64,000 bases of DNA from an uncultured bacterium (GTDB taxonomy: Bacteria; Krumholzibacteriota; Krumholzibacteriia; LZORAL124-64-63), in contig CAVSZB010000008.1 in NCBI GenBank assembly GCA_963732385.1, positions 403,012 through 467,011 on the forward strand. Reading direction: 5' to 3'. Under the pieces are notes generated by a model, which made no database searches, had not been told where the DNA came from, and worked only from the letters and a program-made list of their open reading frames with translations. Below, piece by piece: positions 10,278-19,885 of the stretch; the stretch's first letter is position 1, and each line of letters begins with the position of its first letter. A program made the translations under genes and the position numbers.

Positions 10278-12844
10278 GTGGTCATGCCGTTGGTCACAAA
10301 GGAAGGTTCATCATGGCCCTGCTGATTCGCCTCGTCCGCCGCCCGATGGGTGCATCGGGCGGTGTGCTTCTGGCTCTGCTGGCCCTGTCGGTGATCTCTG
10401 CCGCGGCGCCGGCGTTGGCCGCGCCGGCGTCGATCGACGCTTTGCCGGCCGCCCTGACCCACACCCTGCGCCCGCTTTCGGGGGTGCCGCGGCATGAGGC
10501 GCCGACGCCCGATCTGCCGGCCCTCGCGGCCGACGACGCGCGGCGCGAGCGCGACGGGCTGCCGCCCCGGTTCGCAGTGCCGTCGGCGACGGCGCTCACG
10601 CCCGACAACGCCGGCGTCTGGGAGCCGCTCGATGCCCAGCATCAGTTGTGGCGTCTGCGGATCGCCGCCCCCGGCGCCGTATCTCTGAACCTCGGTTTCA
10701 CGCAGTTCCGTCTCCCCCGGGGGGGGCGTCTCTGCCTCTACCCGGCGTCCGATCCCGCCGGTGCCGTGATTTTTACCGACGCCGACAACGAAGAGCACGG
10801 CCAGCTCTGGACGCCGGTCGTTGCGGGCGACGATCTCGTGGTGGAATTGACGCTTCACGCCACCACGCTCGCCGACTACAGGCTCGAAATCGGTTCCGTG
10901 AACGTCGGCTATCGCGACTTCGGTCGGATCGCGCCGGACAAATCCGGCACCTGCAACATCGACGTGGTCTGCCCCGAGGGCGATCCGTGGCGGGACGAGA
11001 TCCAGTCGGTGGGGGTCATCTCTACCGGCGGCTCCACCTTCTGCACCGGCTTCATGGTCAACAACACGGCGCAGGACGCGAAGCCGTACTTCATGACCGC
11101 GAACCACTGCGGCGTCACCGCGCTCAACGCGCCGTCGCTGGTCGTGTACTGGAACTTCCAGAGCCCGACCTGCGGCCTGCAGGGGGGCGGTTCGCTGGCC
11201 AGTTTCCAGACCGGCTCGTTCTTCCGCGCCACCTACGCCACCTCCGACTTCACGCTCGTCGAGCTGGACGACGCGCCCGCGCCGGCGTGGAACGTCACCT
11301 TCGCCGGCTGGGACCGGACGGCGGTCAATCCGACGCGGGGCACCGCCATCCACCATCCGAACACCGACGAGAAGAGCATCAGTTTCGAGAACGACCCGCT
11401 GCAGACGACCACCTACCTCAGCACCGTCAGCCCCGGCGATGGCTCGCACCTGCGCGTGGTGGACTGGGATCTGGGCACGACGGAACCGGGTTCCTCCGGC
11501 TCCCCGCTCTTCGACCAGAACCACCACATCGTCGGACAACTCCATGGCGGCTATGCCGCGTGCGGGAACAACGAGTCCGACTGGTACGGTCGCTTCTCCG
11601 TCTCCTGGGCCGGTGGGGGCGCCAGCGCATCGCGCCTGAGCAACTGGCTCGACCCGCTCAGCACCGGCCAGACGACGCTCGGTCTGTACGCGCCGTACAA
11701 GGCCAGCCTGCGGGTCCTGCCGGGCGACAGTCTGGCTTCGGCGGGTCCGCTGGGGGGGCCGTTCACGCCCGACTCGCTGGTCTACACCCTGACCAATCTC
11801 GGCACTGCCGATCTTGTCTGGCGGGCGAGCCATGGCGCCGGCTGGGCCACCGTCAGCCCCGACAACGGAATCATCCCGGTCGCCGGCGCGGTGTCGGTGA
11901 CCGTGGCGCTGAACGCCTTCGCCGAGTTGCTGCCCGCGGGGGTCTGGGCCGACACGGTCAGCTTCGTCAACGAAACCGACCACCTCGGAGACCAGCAGCG
12001 GTCGGTGTCGATCCAGGTCGGCAGTCCCACGCTGGTCTACGACTGGCCGCTCGACACCAACCCCGGCTGGACGATGGAGGGGCAGTGGGCCTTCGGCGTT
12101 CCCCTGGGCGTGGCCGGCTCCTACGGTCCTCCCGACCCGACGTCGGGTCACACCGGTACGAACGTGCTCGGTTACAATCTGGCCGGCACCTACGCCAGCG
12201 ATCTGCCCGAGACGCACCTGACGAGCCCGGGGCTCGACTGCAGCGGGATGCGCTCGGTCATCCTGCGCTACTGGCGCTGGCTCGGGGTAGAGCAGCCGGC
12301 GTATGATCACGCCTCGTTGCGCGCGAGCGCCGACGGCGTGGACTGGACGACCGTCTGGGAGAACGGCAGCGAGATCGCCGACAGCGGCTGGGTGCTGCAG
12401 GAGTTCGACATCTCTGCGGTGGCGGCGCGTCAGCCGGCCGTGCGGCTGCGGTGGACCATGGGCACGACCGACTCCAGCTGGAACTACTGCGGCTGGAACC
12501 TCGACGACATCGCGGTCTGGGGCTTCCCGCTCGCTCCGGTCGACGTGCCCGACGGTCCGCCGCCGGCGCGCACGGCGCTCCTGGGCAACACCCCCAACCC
12601 GTTCAACCCGCTGACCGAGGTGGTTTTCGATCTGGCCCGGTCCGGCCCGGTCCGCCTGACGGTGCACGATGTGCGCGGGCGGCTCGTGCGCGTGCTGAGG
12701 AACGGCTCGCTGGAGGCCGGTCGCCATACGGAACGTTGGGACGGTTGCGACGCCGCCGGTCACGAGGTCGCCAGCGGAACCTATCTGCTGCGGCTCGAGA
12801 CCGCCGACGCGCATACGGAACGCAAAATGGTGCTCGCGCGCTGA
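7806..12844 (+). repeat. Tandem gene duplication, period 2552 bp
   Basis: 7806 aligns with 10358. Translations in several frames are identical for about 1.17 kb, then divergent patches follow. Confidence 0.95.
10313..12844 (+). CDS. Secreted lysyl-endopeptidase-like (S1) serine protease with C-terminal FlgD-Ig domain, copy 2
   Basis: Same catalytic motifs as copy 1; AAGGAAGG RBS; NTPNPFNP C-terminal domain. Confidence 0.87.
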   Translation: MALLIRLVRRPMGASGGVLLALLALSVISAAAPALAAPASIDALPAALTHTLRPLSGVPRHEAPTPDLPALAADDARRERDGLPPRFAVPSATALTPDNAGVWEPLDAQHQLWRLRIAAPGAVSLNLGFTQFRLPRGGRLCLYPASDPAGAVIFTDADNEEHGQLWTPVVAGDDLVVELTLHATTLADYRLEIGSVNVGYRDFGRIAPDKSGTCNIDVVCPEGDPWRDEIQSVGVISTGGSTFCTGFMVNNTAQDAKPYFMTANHCGVTALNAPSLVVYWNFQSPTCGLQGGGSLASFQTGSFFRATYATSDFTLVELDDAPAPAWNVTFAGWDRTAVNPTRGTAIHHPNTDEKSISFENDPLQTTTYLSTVSPGDGSHLRVVDWDLGTTEPGSSGSPLFDQNHHIVGQLHGGYAACGNNESDWYGRFSVSWAGGGASASRLSNWLDPLSTGQTTLGLYAPYKASLRVLPGDSLASAGPLGGPFTPDSLVYTLTNLGTADLVWRASHGAGWATVSPDNGIIPVAGAVSVTVALNAFAELLPAGVWADTVSFVNETDHLGDQQRSVSIQVGSPTLVYDWPLDTNPGWTMEGQWAFGVPLGVAGSYGPPDPTSGHTGTNVLGYNLAGTYASDLPETHLTSPGLDCSGMRSVILRYWRWLGVEQPAYDHASLRASADGVDWTTVWENGSEIADSGWVLQEFDISAVAARQPAVRLRWTMGTTDSSWNYCGWNLDDIAVWGFPLAPVDVPDGPPPARTALLGNTPNPFNPLTEVVFDLARSGPVRLTVHDVRGRLVRVLRNGSLEAGRHTERWDGCDAAGHEVASGTYLLRLETADAHTERKMVLAR

Positions 12845-12877
12845 GCGGTCATTCAGTTGCCTGCGGCCCTCGCCCGG

Positions 12878-13549
12878 TCAGTCCAGGCGGCCGCTGATGA
12901 GCACGTGCCGGTCGCTGACCACCCGCACGCTGAAGTGCGACAGGCCGGAGGCCGCCAGCTGCTGGCGGATTTCGTGTGGTTCGAAAGCGGCGTGGAGGGA
13001 GTTGGCGAAGTCGCGCTTGAGCAGCGGCGGGGCGTCCGCGGCGTGCTTGGCGACGATTTCCCGTACCTGCGCTTGCGTCGCCGGCCGGAATAGATCCATG
13101 ACGAGAATCGGGGCGTTGGGCAGGGCGCGCCGACGGATCGTCGCCCACAACAGCTCCGGCAGCGCCAGATGGTGCAGGAGGCTGTTGCTCAGGACGGCGT
13201 CGTAGCGCTCCCTCGGCAGGGTCGGTCCGGGTAACCGGTCGCGGACGAATGTCACCCGGTCGGCGCACGCGGGCGCGGTGCAGCGCGCCTCCTCAGCGAG
13301 CCGGATCATCGCGTCGGAGCCGTCCAGGCCGTGAATCGTGCCGCCAGGGTGCTCCTGGGCGATCCGCAGCACGATAGCGCCCGGTCCGCAGCCGAGGTCG
13401 AGCGCGCAGCCGGAGAAGTCGCTCCCCGCCAGTTCGCCGAAGAAACGCACGAAAATGTCGTTCGCCCCGGCGAAGTCGGCGCGCGCGTAGGCCAGGGCGA
13501 CCGCGTCGTCTTCGATCAATTCGGGTTCCAGGATCCGTTTCATGGACAT
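12878..13549 (-). CDS. Class I SAM-dependent methyltransferase
   Basis: LDLGCGPG motif I, GLDGSDAM, SNSLLHHL; GGAGG RBS. Confidence 0.88.
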   Translation of the reverse strand: MSMKRILEPELIEDDAVALAYARADFAGANDIFVRFFGELAGSDFSGCALDLGCGPGAIVLRIAQEHPGGTIHGLDGSDAMIRLAEEARCTAPACADRVTFVRDRLPGPTLPRERYDAVLSNSLLHHLALPELLWATIRRRALPNAPILVMDLFRPATQAQVREIVAKHAADAPPLLKRDFANSLHAAFEPHEIRQQLAASGLSHFSVRVVSDRHVLISGRLD

Positions 13550-13759
13550 CGCCTCCGGTGGGGGCCGGATTGCGCCGCCGGCGTTCCCGCGCTGCGCCGG
13601 GCGAACGCTGTCGGGGATGTCTCCATCCTAGCGCATCACGGTGACAGGGGCAACGGGTGTGGCGGGGGATCGCGACCGCTCTCCCGGGCTTTCCCGGTGG
13701 CCCGCCGTGCGCTATCGTGTCGGGGTGCCGGCGTCGCGTGGCCCGGCCGAGGAGGCGCC

Positions 13760-15055
13760 GTGATTCCCCGTTACCAGACCCCCGCCATGACCGCTCTCTG
13801 GTCCGACCGTCGCCGCTTCGAGATCTGGCAGGAGATCGAGGTGACGGTGTGCGAGGTGCGCGCCGACCGCGGGGAGATTCCCCGCGAGGAGGCGCGCCTC
13901 ATCCGGGAGCGGGCCGGCTTCGATGTGGCGCGGATCGCCGCCATCGAAGAGACCGTCCAGCACGACGTCATCGCCTTCCTTACCAGCCTGGGCGAGCAGA
14001 TCGGCCCGCCGGCGCGTCACGTGCATGAGGGGATGACGAGCAGCGACCTGCTCGACACCGCATTCGCGCTGCAACTGCGGGCGGCGGGCGGCCTGCTGGG
14101 CGACGCGCTCGACGGACTGCTCGACGCCACCGCGCGTCGTGCCCGCGAGCATCAGCGCACGGTCATGGCGGGCCGCAGTCACGGCATCCACGCGGAGCCG
14201 ACGACCTTCGGGCTGAAGTTGCTGGTCTACTGGGACGAGTTGCGCCGCGCGCGCCGCCGGCTCGACGCCGCGGTGGTCGAGGTGGCCTGCGGCAAGCTGT
14301 CGGGCGCGGTCGGTACGCTCGCCCACCTCGATCCCGAAGTCGAGGTCGAAACGATGCGCCGCCTCGGCCTGGGCACGGCGCCGGTCGCCACGCAGGTAGT
14401 CCAGCGCGATCGTCACGCCGCGTTCCTGAACGCCGTGGCGCTGACCGGGGCGGTCCTCGAGCAGATGGCGGTGGAGATCCGCAACCTCCAGCGCACCGAC
14501 GTGCATGAGGTGGAGGAGCCGTTCGGCCGCGGCCAGAAGGGTTCCAGCGCCATGCCGCACAAGAAGAATCCGATCGTCAGCGAGCGGATCACCGGGCTGG
14601 CGCGCCTGCTGCGGGGCTATGCGCACACCGGGCTGGAAAACGTCGCGCTCTGGCACGAGCGCGACATTTCCCACTCTTCGGTGGAGCGGATCATCTTTCC
14701 CGACGCGTGCCATGTCCTGCACTACATGCTGCAGAAGATGACCTGGCTGATCGACGGGCTGGTCGTCTTTCCGGAGCGGATGCGCGAGAATCTCGACCGG
14801 GTGCGCGGGCTGGTCTACTCGCAGGCGGTGTTGCTGGCGCTGGTGTCGGCCGGTGCGAACCGGGAGGAGGCATATTCCTGGGTGCAGCGCTGCGCGATGC
14901 AGGTCTGGGACGCCGGCCGCGATTTCCGGGCCGCGCTGGCCGCCGATCCCGACGTGACCACGCGGCTGGGGGAGGCCGGGCTGGCGGCCTGTTTCGATCC
15001 GGAGCGGCACCTGCGCCACGTCGAGGCGATCTTCGCCCGGACGCTGGCGGACTAG
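13760..15055 (+). CDS. purB: Adenylosuccinate lyase
   Basis: GTG-IPRY start after GGAGG; HDVIAF, GRSHGIHAEPTTFG, GSSAMPHKKNP signature, WHERDISHSSVER. Confidence 0.96.
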   Translation: MIPRYQTPAMTALWSDRRRFEIWQEIEVTVCEVRADRGEIPREEARLIRERAGFDVARIAAIEETVQHDVIAFLTSLGEQIGPPARHVHEGMTSSDLLDTAFALQLRAAGGLLGDALDGLLDATARRAREHQRTVMAGRSHGIHAEPTTFGLKLLVYWDELRRARRRLDAAVVEVACGKLSGAVGTLAHLDPEVEVETMRRLGLGTAPVATQVVQRDRHAAFLNAVALTGAVLEQMAVEIRNLQRTDVHEVEEPFGRGQKGSSAMPHKKNPIVSERITGLARLLRGYAHTGLENVALWHERDISHSSVERIIFPDACHVLHYMLQKMTWLIDGLVVFPERMRENLDRVRGLVYSQAVLLALVSAGANREEAYSWVQRCAMQVWDAGRDFRAALAADPDVTTRLGEAGLAACFDPERHLRHVEAIFARTLAD

Positions 15056-15071
15056 CGGCCCGCCGGGGCCC

Positions 15072-15110
15072 GGGGGGAGACGGCGGGCCGCGCCGAGCGT
15101 CCCCTTTTTT
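15072..15110 (+). terminator. Possible intrinsic terminator after purB
   Basis: GC-rich imperfect stem (GGGGAGACG...CGTCCCC) followed by TTTTTT. Confidence 0.5.
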
Positions 15111-15224
15111 CGTTACCCTCTTGCGCTGTCATGCGTTACATTGAGCCAGCCGGCGATCGGACCGGATCACAACATCCGCGGCGTCGATCGTGTAAGCCGC
15201 GACAGGTATTGTCGTTATTGAGGA

Positions 15225-15887
15225 ATGCCGCGGAGTCCATGGATGGTCAGAGCCGCGTCCCCGCGCAAGTTGCCGTCCCTGGGACCGCCCACCCTCTCCT
15301 GCCATCCCCTCACCCCCGATCGCTGGGCCGATTTCGCGGCGTTGTTCGGGACGCGGGGCGCGTGCGGCGGCTGTTGGTGCATGGCGTGGCGGCGGACCGC
15401 CGCGCAGTTCGCCGCGGGCAAGGGTGGCAGCAACCGACGTGCGATGCGCAGGCTCGTCGCAGCGGGGGCCCAACCCGGAATTCTCGCCTACGCCGGGGAC
15501 GAGCCGGTCGGCTGGTGTTCGGTCGCGCCGCGCGGGCAGTTCGTGCGGCTGGCGGCCTCACGGATCCTGGCGCCGGTCGATGAGCGGCCGGTCTGGTCGG
15601 TGAGTTGCTTCTTCGTGCGCCGGGACTGGCAGGGACGCGGGCTGTCGGTGCGCCTGCTCGAGGCCGCGGTGGCGTACGCACGGGCCGGCGGCGCGCGCCT
15701 GATCGAGGGATACCCGTACGCGCCGGCGGGCCGCCTGCCGGGGGCGTTCGTCTGGACCGGCCTTGAAGGGACGTTCCGGGAGGCTGGCTTCACCGAGGTG
15801 GCGCGCCGCTCGGCGGGGCGCCCGATCATGAGGCGGGAGATCGCGCGCGGACGATGTCCGGCGGGGGAGGCGAAGCGGAGCGGATGA
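15225..15887 (+). CDS. GNAT family N-acetyltransferase
   Basis: GCWCM, PVGWCSVAPR, WSVSCFFV, QGRGLS acetyl-CoA motif, EGYP. Start uncertain. Confidence 0.85.
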   Translation: MPRSPWMVRAASPRKLPSLGPPTLSCHPLTPDRWADFAALFGTRGACGGCWCMAWRRTAAQFAAGKGGSNRRAMRRLVAAGAQPGILAYAGDEPVGWCSVAPRGQFVRLAASRILAPVDERPVWSVSCFFVRRDWQGRGLSVRLLEAAVAYARAGGARLIEGYPYAPAGRLPGAFVWTGLEGTFREAGFTEVARRSAGRPIMRREIARGRCPAGEAKRSG

Positions 15888-18800
15888 CCATCCACGACGA
15901 CAGCGGCGAGTTCGTGCCGGTGTGCGCCCTCGCGGACGCGACGCTGATGACCACGCTGGGGCGCCACGCCCTCACGCTCTCGCCCGCCGAAGCGCGCCGC
16001 GTGGCCGATCTGCTCGGCCGCGATCCGACCCTCACCGAACTGACCCTCTTCGACACCATGTGGAGCGAGCACTGCTCCTACAAGAGCAGCCGCCACGTGT
16101 TGAAGGAGTTCCTGCCGACGGAGGCGTCGAACGTCATCCTCGGGCCGGGGGAGGACGCCGGCATCGTGGATTTCGGCGAGGTGGGCGGGGTCCGCTACGG
16201 CGTCGTCATCGCGCACGAGAGTCACAACCATCCCAGCCAGGTCATGCCGGTCGAGGGGGCGGCCACCGGGATCGGCGGCATCGTGCGGGACGTCTACTGC
16301 ATGGGCGCCGACGTGATCGGCGTGCTCGATCCGCTGCGTTTCGGCTGGCCGGCCGGAGTGGGGGCGGAGGCGCGCCTCGAGATCGCGCGCGAGGTGGTCA
16401 CCGGGATCTGGGAGTACGGCAACGCGCTCGGAGTGCCGAATCTCGGCGGCGATGTCGTATTCCACCCGTCCTTCGACGAGAACTGCCTCGTGAACGTGGT
16501 GGCTCTCGGCCTCGTGCCGGTCGATCACATCGTGCGCAGCGCGGTGCCGCCGCAGGCAAAAGACGAGCCGTACGACCTGATCCTCGTCGGCAAGCCGACC
16601 GACTGGAGCGGCATGGGCGGCGCGGCGTTCGCCTCGGCCACGCTCGACGCCGCGGCCGCCACCGCCAACAAGGGGAGCGTGCAGGTTCCCGACCCGTTCC
16701 TCAAGCGGGTGCTGACGATCGCCAATCGCGAGGCGCTGGCGTTCGCGAGGCGCGAGGGGGTGGCGATCGGTTTCAAGGATCTCGGCGCGGGCGGCATCAG
16801 CTGTGTGACCAGCGAACTGGCGGATGCGGGCGGTTTCGGCTGCGACGTGGATCTGGCGCTGGTGCACGTCGCGCCTGGGCCTGTCCCGGCGCGGGTGGTG
16901 GCCTGTTCGGAGACGCAGGAGCGCTACGGACTGGCCGTGCCAGCGCGCCTGACCGAGCGGTTCCTGCGCATCTACAACGAGGATTTCGCCCTGCCGACGC
17001 TCTACGACGGCGCGGGCGCGCGGCGCATCGGCCGGGTCACCACGGATCAGGTCTACCGGCTGCGCCACGGAGAACGGATGCTCTGCGACACTCCGGTGGG
17101 CAACATCACGGCCGGCATCCGCTACGATCGAATCTGGCGCGCGCCGGAAGGGGCGGTGCCGCCGCACGACTCGCGCGGTCCGGAGCGTCCCGATGACGAG
17201 CTCGCAGCCGAGTGGATCGCCCTGGCCGGGCATCCCAATCTGGCCTCGCGCGAGCATCTGTACCGGCACTACGACAGCGAGGTGCGTGGCGCGGCGGTGC
17301 TGCGCCCCGGCGAGGCGGACGCCGGCGTGGTCGCGCCGGTGCCCGGCTCTGCACGCGGCGTGGCGGTCACGGTCGATGGCAACCCGGCGCTCGGTCTGGC
17401 CGATCCGTACGTCGGCGGCGCGCTGGCGGTCGTCGAGGCGTGCCGCAACCTGGCCTGCGTGGGGGCGATACCGGCCGCGATCACCGACTGCCTCAACTTC
17501 GGCAATCCCGAGGACCCCGAGGTGTTCTGGCAGTTCCGGGAGGCGGTGCGCGGCCTGGCCGACGCCTGCCGCGGCCTGGGCCGGATCGACGCGCCAGGGG
17601 AGCCGCTGCCGGTCGTGTCGGGCAATGTCAGCTTCTACAATCAGAGCCGGTCGGGACGCTCGGTGGCGCCATCGCCGATCGTGGCGGGCGTGGGGATCGT
17701 GCGCGACACGAGTGTCTGCCGCTCGCTGCGGTTCAAGCGCGCCGGCGATCATCTGTACCTGGTCGGCGCGCCGACGGCCGATCTGCTCGGCTCGATCTGT
17801 CGCGAGTCGGGACTGACCGTGGGGCGTCCGGTGGCGCCGCGGCCCGACTTCGCGGCCGCTCGCGCGGAGATTGCCGCGGTGATCGTGCTCGTGCAGAACG
17901 GTCTCGCCGTGGCGGCGCACGACATCAGCGACGGGGGACTGGCGCAGGCGCTGACCGAAATGGCGCTCGGACTCGAGGGGCAGCGCCGCCTGGGCGCGCG
18001 GATCGTGCTGCCGGCCGCCCTGTCACACCTGACGCTGCGTGAAGCGCTTTTCAGCGAGCAGGGCGGTTTCGTGGTCGAGGTGCCGGCCGCTCGCGCGGCG
18101 GAGGCGGGCGCGGTGCTCGATCGCACAGGGGCGCGGTGGTGGCCGCTCGGCGAGGTGACGAAGGAAGAGACGCTCACGGTCGCGCGGGCGGGCGAGCCGG
18201 CCGGGGCGTCCGCGGTGCGGCTGGAACTCGACAAGCTCGATGTCGCCTGGCGCGAGGGGCTGACCCGGCTCTGGGCCGGTGCGACACTGCCGGAGCGTGT
18301 CGCTGCCCCGGACAATGGCGCGGCGGGGACGGCCGCGGACCTGGCGGCGCCGGCGGACCTGGCGGCGCCGGTCCTGGTCCGGAGGGTGCGCCCGCGCGTG
18401 GCTGTCCTGCAGCTGCCCGGCATGAACTGCGAGGACGAGTCGGTGCGCGCGGTCGAGGCGGCGGGCGGCGATGCGGAGATCTTCCGCTGGACGCGGCCGG
18501 CCGCCGCGCTGGCCGCGTTCGACGGTTTCCTGCTGCCGGGAGGCTTTTCCTACCAGGATCGCGTGCGGGCCGGCGCGGTGGCGGCCAAGGATCCGCTGCT
18601 CGACGTCATCCTGCGGGCGGCGGAGGCGGGGCGGCCGGTGCTCGGCATCTGCAACGGCTGCCAGGTTCTGGTGGAGGCGGGTTTGGTGCCGGGGCGCGAG
18701 CCGGGGGCCGTGGAGGTGGCGCTGGCGCCCAACCTGGTGCCGGGCCGGCGTGGCTACCACTGCCGCTGGGTCGTGCTCGAACCGGTGGCGGCGTGCCGCT

Positions 18801-19186
18801 CGCCCTTCCTCGAGGGGCTGCCGGCGGACCTGCCGGTGCCGATGGCGCACGCACAGGGGCGCTTCACGCACGAGGATCCCGCGGCGTTCGCCGCGCTGGC
18901 GCGCGATGGTTTCGTGGCCCTCCGCTACGCCGGAACCGGGCCGGACGGCCGGGGTCCCGGCAACCCCAACGGTTCGCTGCTGGCCGCGGCGGCGCTCACG
19001 AACGTGCGGGGCAACGTCCTGGCGATCATGCCCCATCCGGAGCGGGCGGCCCTGCTGTGGCAGGTGCCCGAGGATCTGCCCCATGCCTGGGGGGAGCGGC
19101 GCCGGGCCGCGGCGGGCGATGCCCGTGCCCTGGCCTCGCCAGGGCCGGGCGCCGGGCTGTTGAGGCGGCTCGTGGAACTGTGCTGA
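15884..19186 (+). CDS. purL: Phosphoribosylformylglycinamidine synthase, small-type PurL fused to C-terminal PurQ glutaminase
   Basis: MWSEHCSYKSSR, ESHNHPS, DCLNFGNPE, SGNVSFYN, HDISDGG; then PGMNCE, PGGFSYQD, GICNGCQ, MPHPER (PurQ catalytic residues). ATGA overlap with the GNAT stop. Confidence 0.93.
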   Translation: MTIHDDSGEFVPVCALADATLMTTLGRHALTLSPAEARRVADLLGRDPTLTELTLFDTMWSEHCSYKSSRHVLKEFLPTEASNVILGPGEDAGIVDFGEVGGVRYGVVIAHESHNHPSQVMPVEGAATGIGGIVRDVYCMGADVIGVLDPLRFGWPAGVGAEARLEIAREVVTGIWEYGNALGVPNLGGDVVFHPSFDENCLVNVVALGLVPVDHIVRSAVPPQAKDEPYDLILVGKPTDWSGMGGAAFASATLDAAAATANKGSVQVPDPFLKRVLTIANREALAFARREGVAIGFKDLGAGGISCVTSELADAGGFGCDVDLALVHVAPGPVPARVVACSETQERYGLAVPARLTERFLRIYNEDFALPTLYDGAGARRIGRVTTDQVYRLRHGERMLCDTPVGNITAGIRYDRIWRAPEGAVPPHDSRGPERPDDELAAEWIALAGHPNLASREHLYRHYDSEVRGAAVLRPGEADAGVVAPVPGSARGVAVTVDGNPALGLADPYVGGALAVVEACRNLACVGAIPAAITDCLNFGNPEDPEVFWQFREAVRGLADACRGLGRIDAPGEPLPVVSGNVSFYNQSRSGRSVAPSPIVAGVGIVRDTSVCRSLRFKRAGDHLYLVGAPTADLLGSICRESGLTVGRPVAPRPDFAAARAEIAAVIVLVQNGLAVAAHDISDGGLAQALTEMALGLEGQRRLGARIVLPAALSHLTLREALFSEQGGFVVEVPAARAAEAGAVLDRTGARWWPLGEVTKEETLTVARAGEPAGASAVRLELDKLDVAWREGLTRLWAGATLPERVAAPDNGAAGTAADLAAPADLAAPVLVRRVRPRVAVLQLPGMNCEDESVRAVEAAGGDAEIFRWTRPAAALAAFDGFLLPGGFSYQDRVRAGAVAAKDPLLDVILRAAEAGRPVLGICNGCQVLVEAGLVPGREPGAVEVALAPNLVPGRRGYHCRWVVLEPVAACRSPFLEGLPADLPVPMAHAQGRFTHEDPAAFAALARDGFVALRYAGTGPDGRGPGNPNGSLLAAAALTNVRGNVLAIMPHPERAALLWQVPEDLPHAWGERRRAAAGDARALASPGPGAGLLRRLVELC
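18335..18370 (+). repeat. 18-bp direct repeat in the PurL-PurQ linker (ADLAAP x2)
   Basis: GCGGACCTGGCGGCGCCG twice in tandem. Confidence 0.9.
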
Positions 19187-19223
19187 ACGGTCTGCGGCCG
19201 CCGGCCGCGGGTGAAGGCGGAAC

Positions 19224-19859
19224 ATGGCCGAACAGGTTACTTTGTTGACCAGTCACAAGGGTGTCGATCTGCACGCCGCCACCGCCGGGCGGGTCCTGCG
19301 CGATCTGCCCGGCGGCGGCGAGCGGCTGCTGGCGCTGGCGCGGGCCGAATTCCATACGTTCTGGCCCGAAACGGAGGTCCTGGCCGGGCCGGGCGCCGAA
19401 CGGCTGACGGTGGATCGCCTGCTCGCCACGGGGCGCTACTTCAACCCCAACAAGCACCACTATGCCCATTTCCGGCGGGCCGGATCGGGCGGTCCGTGGG
19501 CCGGACGGGGTGAAGGGTGCCGTGGCGCGGCGCTGCCCGACGGCTGGCCCGGAACGCTGGTCGCCAGCGATTGTGGTGTCGCCGACCCGGGGTCTCTGGA
19601 GCGGCTGCTGGGCGCCGGGCCGCCGCCGGCGGGCGCGGGCTGCGTGGATGTCTGCGCCTTTCCGCTGGACGCCCCGGGACCGCTGCTTTCGGGGGTGCTC
19701 TGGCGACTGGTGATCGGGCCCGGCGCGGCGGATGTGCTGGAGGTCGCTGAGGCGCTCGCGGTGACGGGCGGGGCGCGTCACGGGCTGCTGGTCAATCCGC
19801 ACATGGATGGGTGGCTGATCGGTGCGCGGGGCGCGATCGGCCCCGGAGGTCGGAACTGA
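19224..19859 (+). CDS. Hypothetical protein, probable divergent double-length PurS-like subunit
   Basis: Lies between purLQ and purF. HKGVDL...RVL...YFNPNK and GLLVNPHMD echo the PurS K-x-G-V-x-D and LLANPVIE motifs. Confidence 0.5.
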   Translation: MAEQVTLLTSHKGVDLHAATAGRVLRDLPGGGERLLALARAEFHTFWPETEVLAGPGAERLTVDRLLATGRYFNPNKHHYAHFRRAGSGGPWAGRGEGCRGAALPDGWPGTLVASDCGVADPGSLERLLGAGPPPAGAGCVDVCAFPLDAPGPLLSGVLWRLVIGPGAADVLEVAEALAVTGGARHGLLVNPHMDGWLIGARGAIGPGGRN

Positions 19860-19885
19860 ACCTGGTCGTGGGCCGGGGAGGATGC

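Noticed and set aside
15110..15225. Possible purine/ZTP riboswitch or LacI-type operator before GNAT-purL
   Set aside because: No recognisable riboswitch consensus; the TGT...ACA half-palindromes are too degenerate to call.
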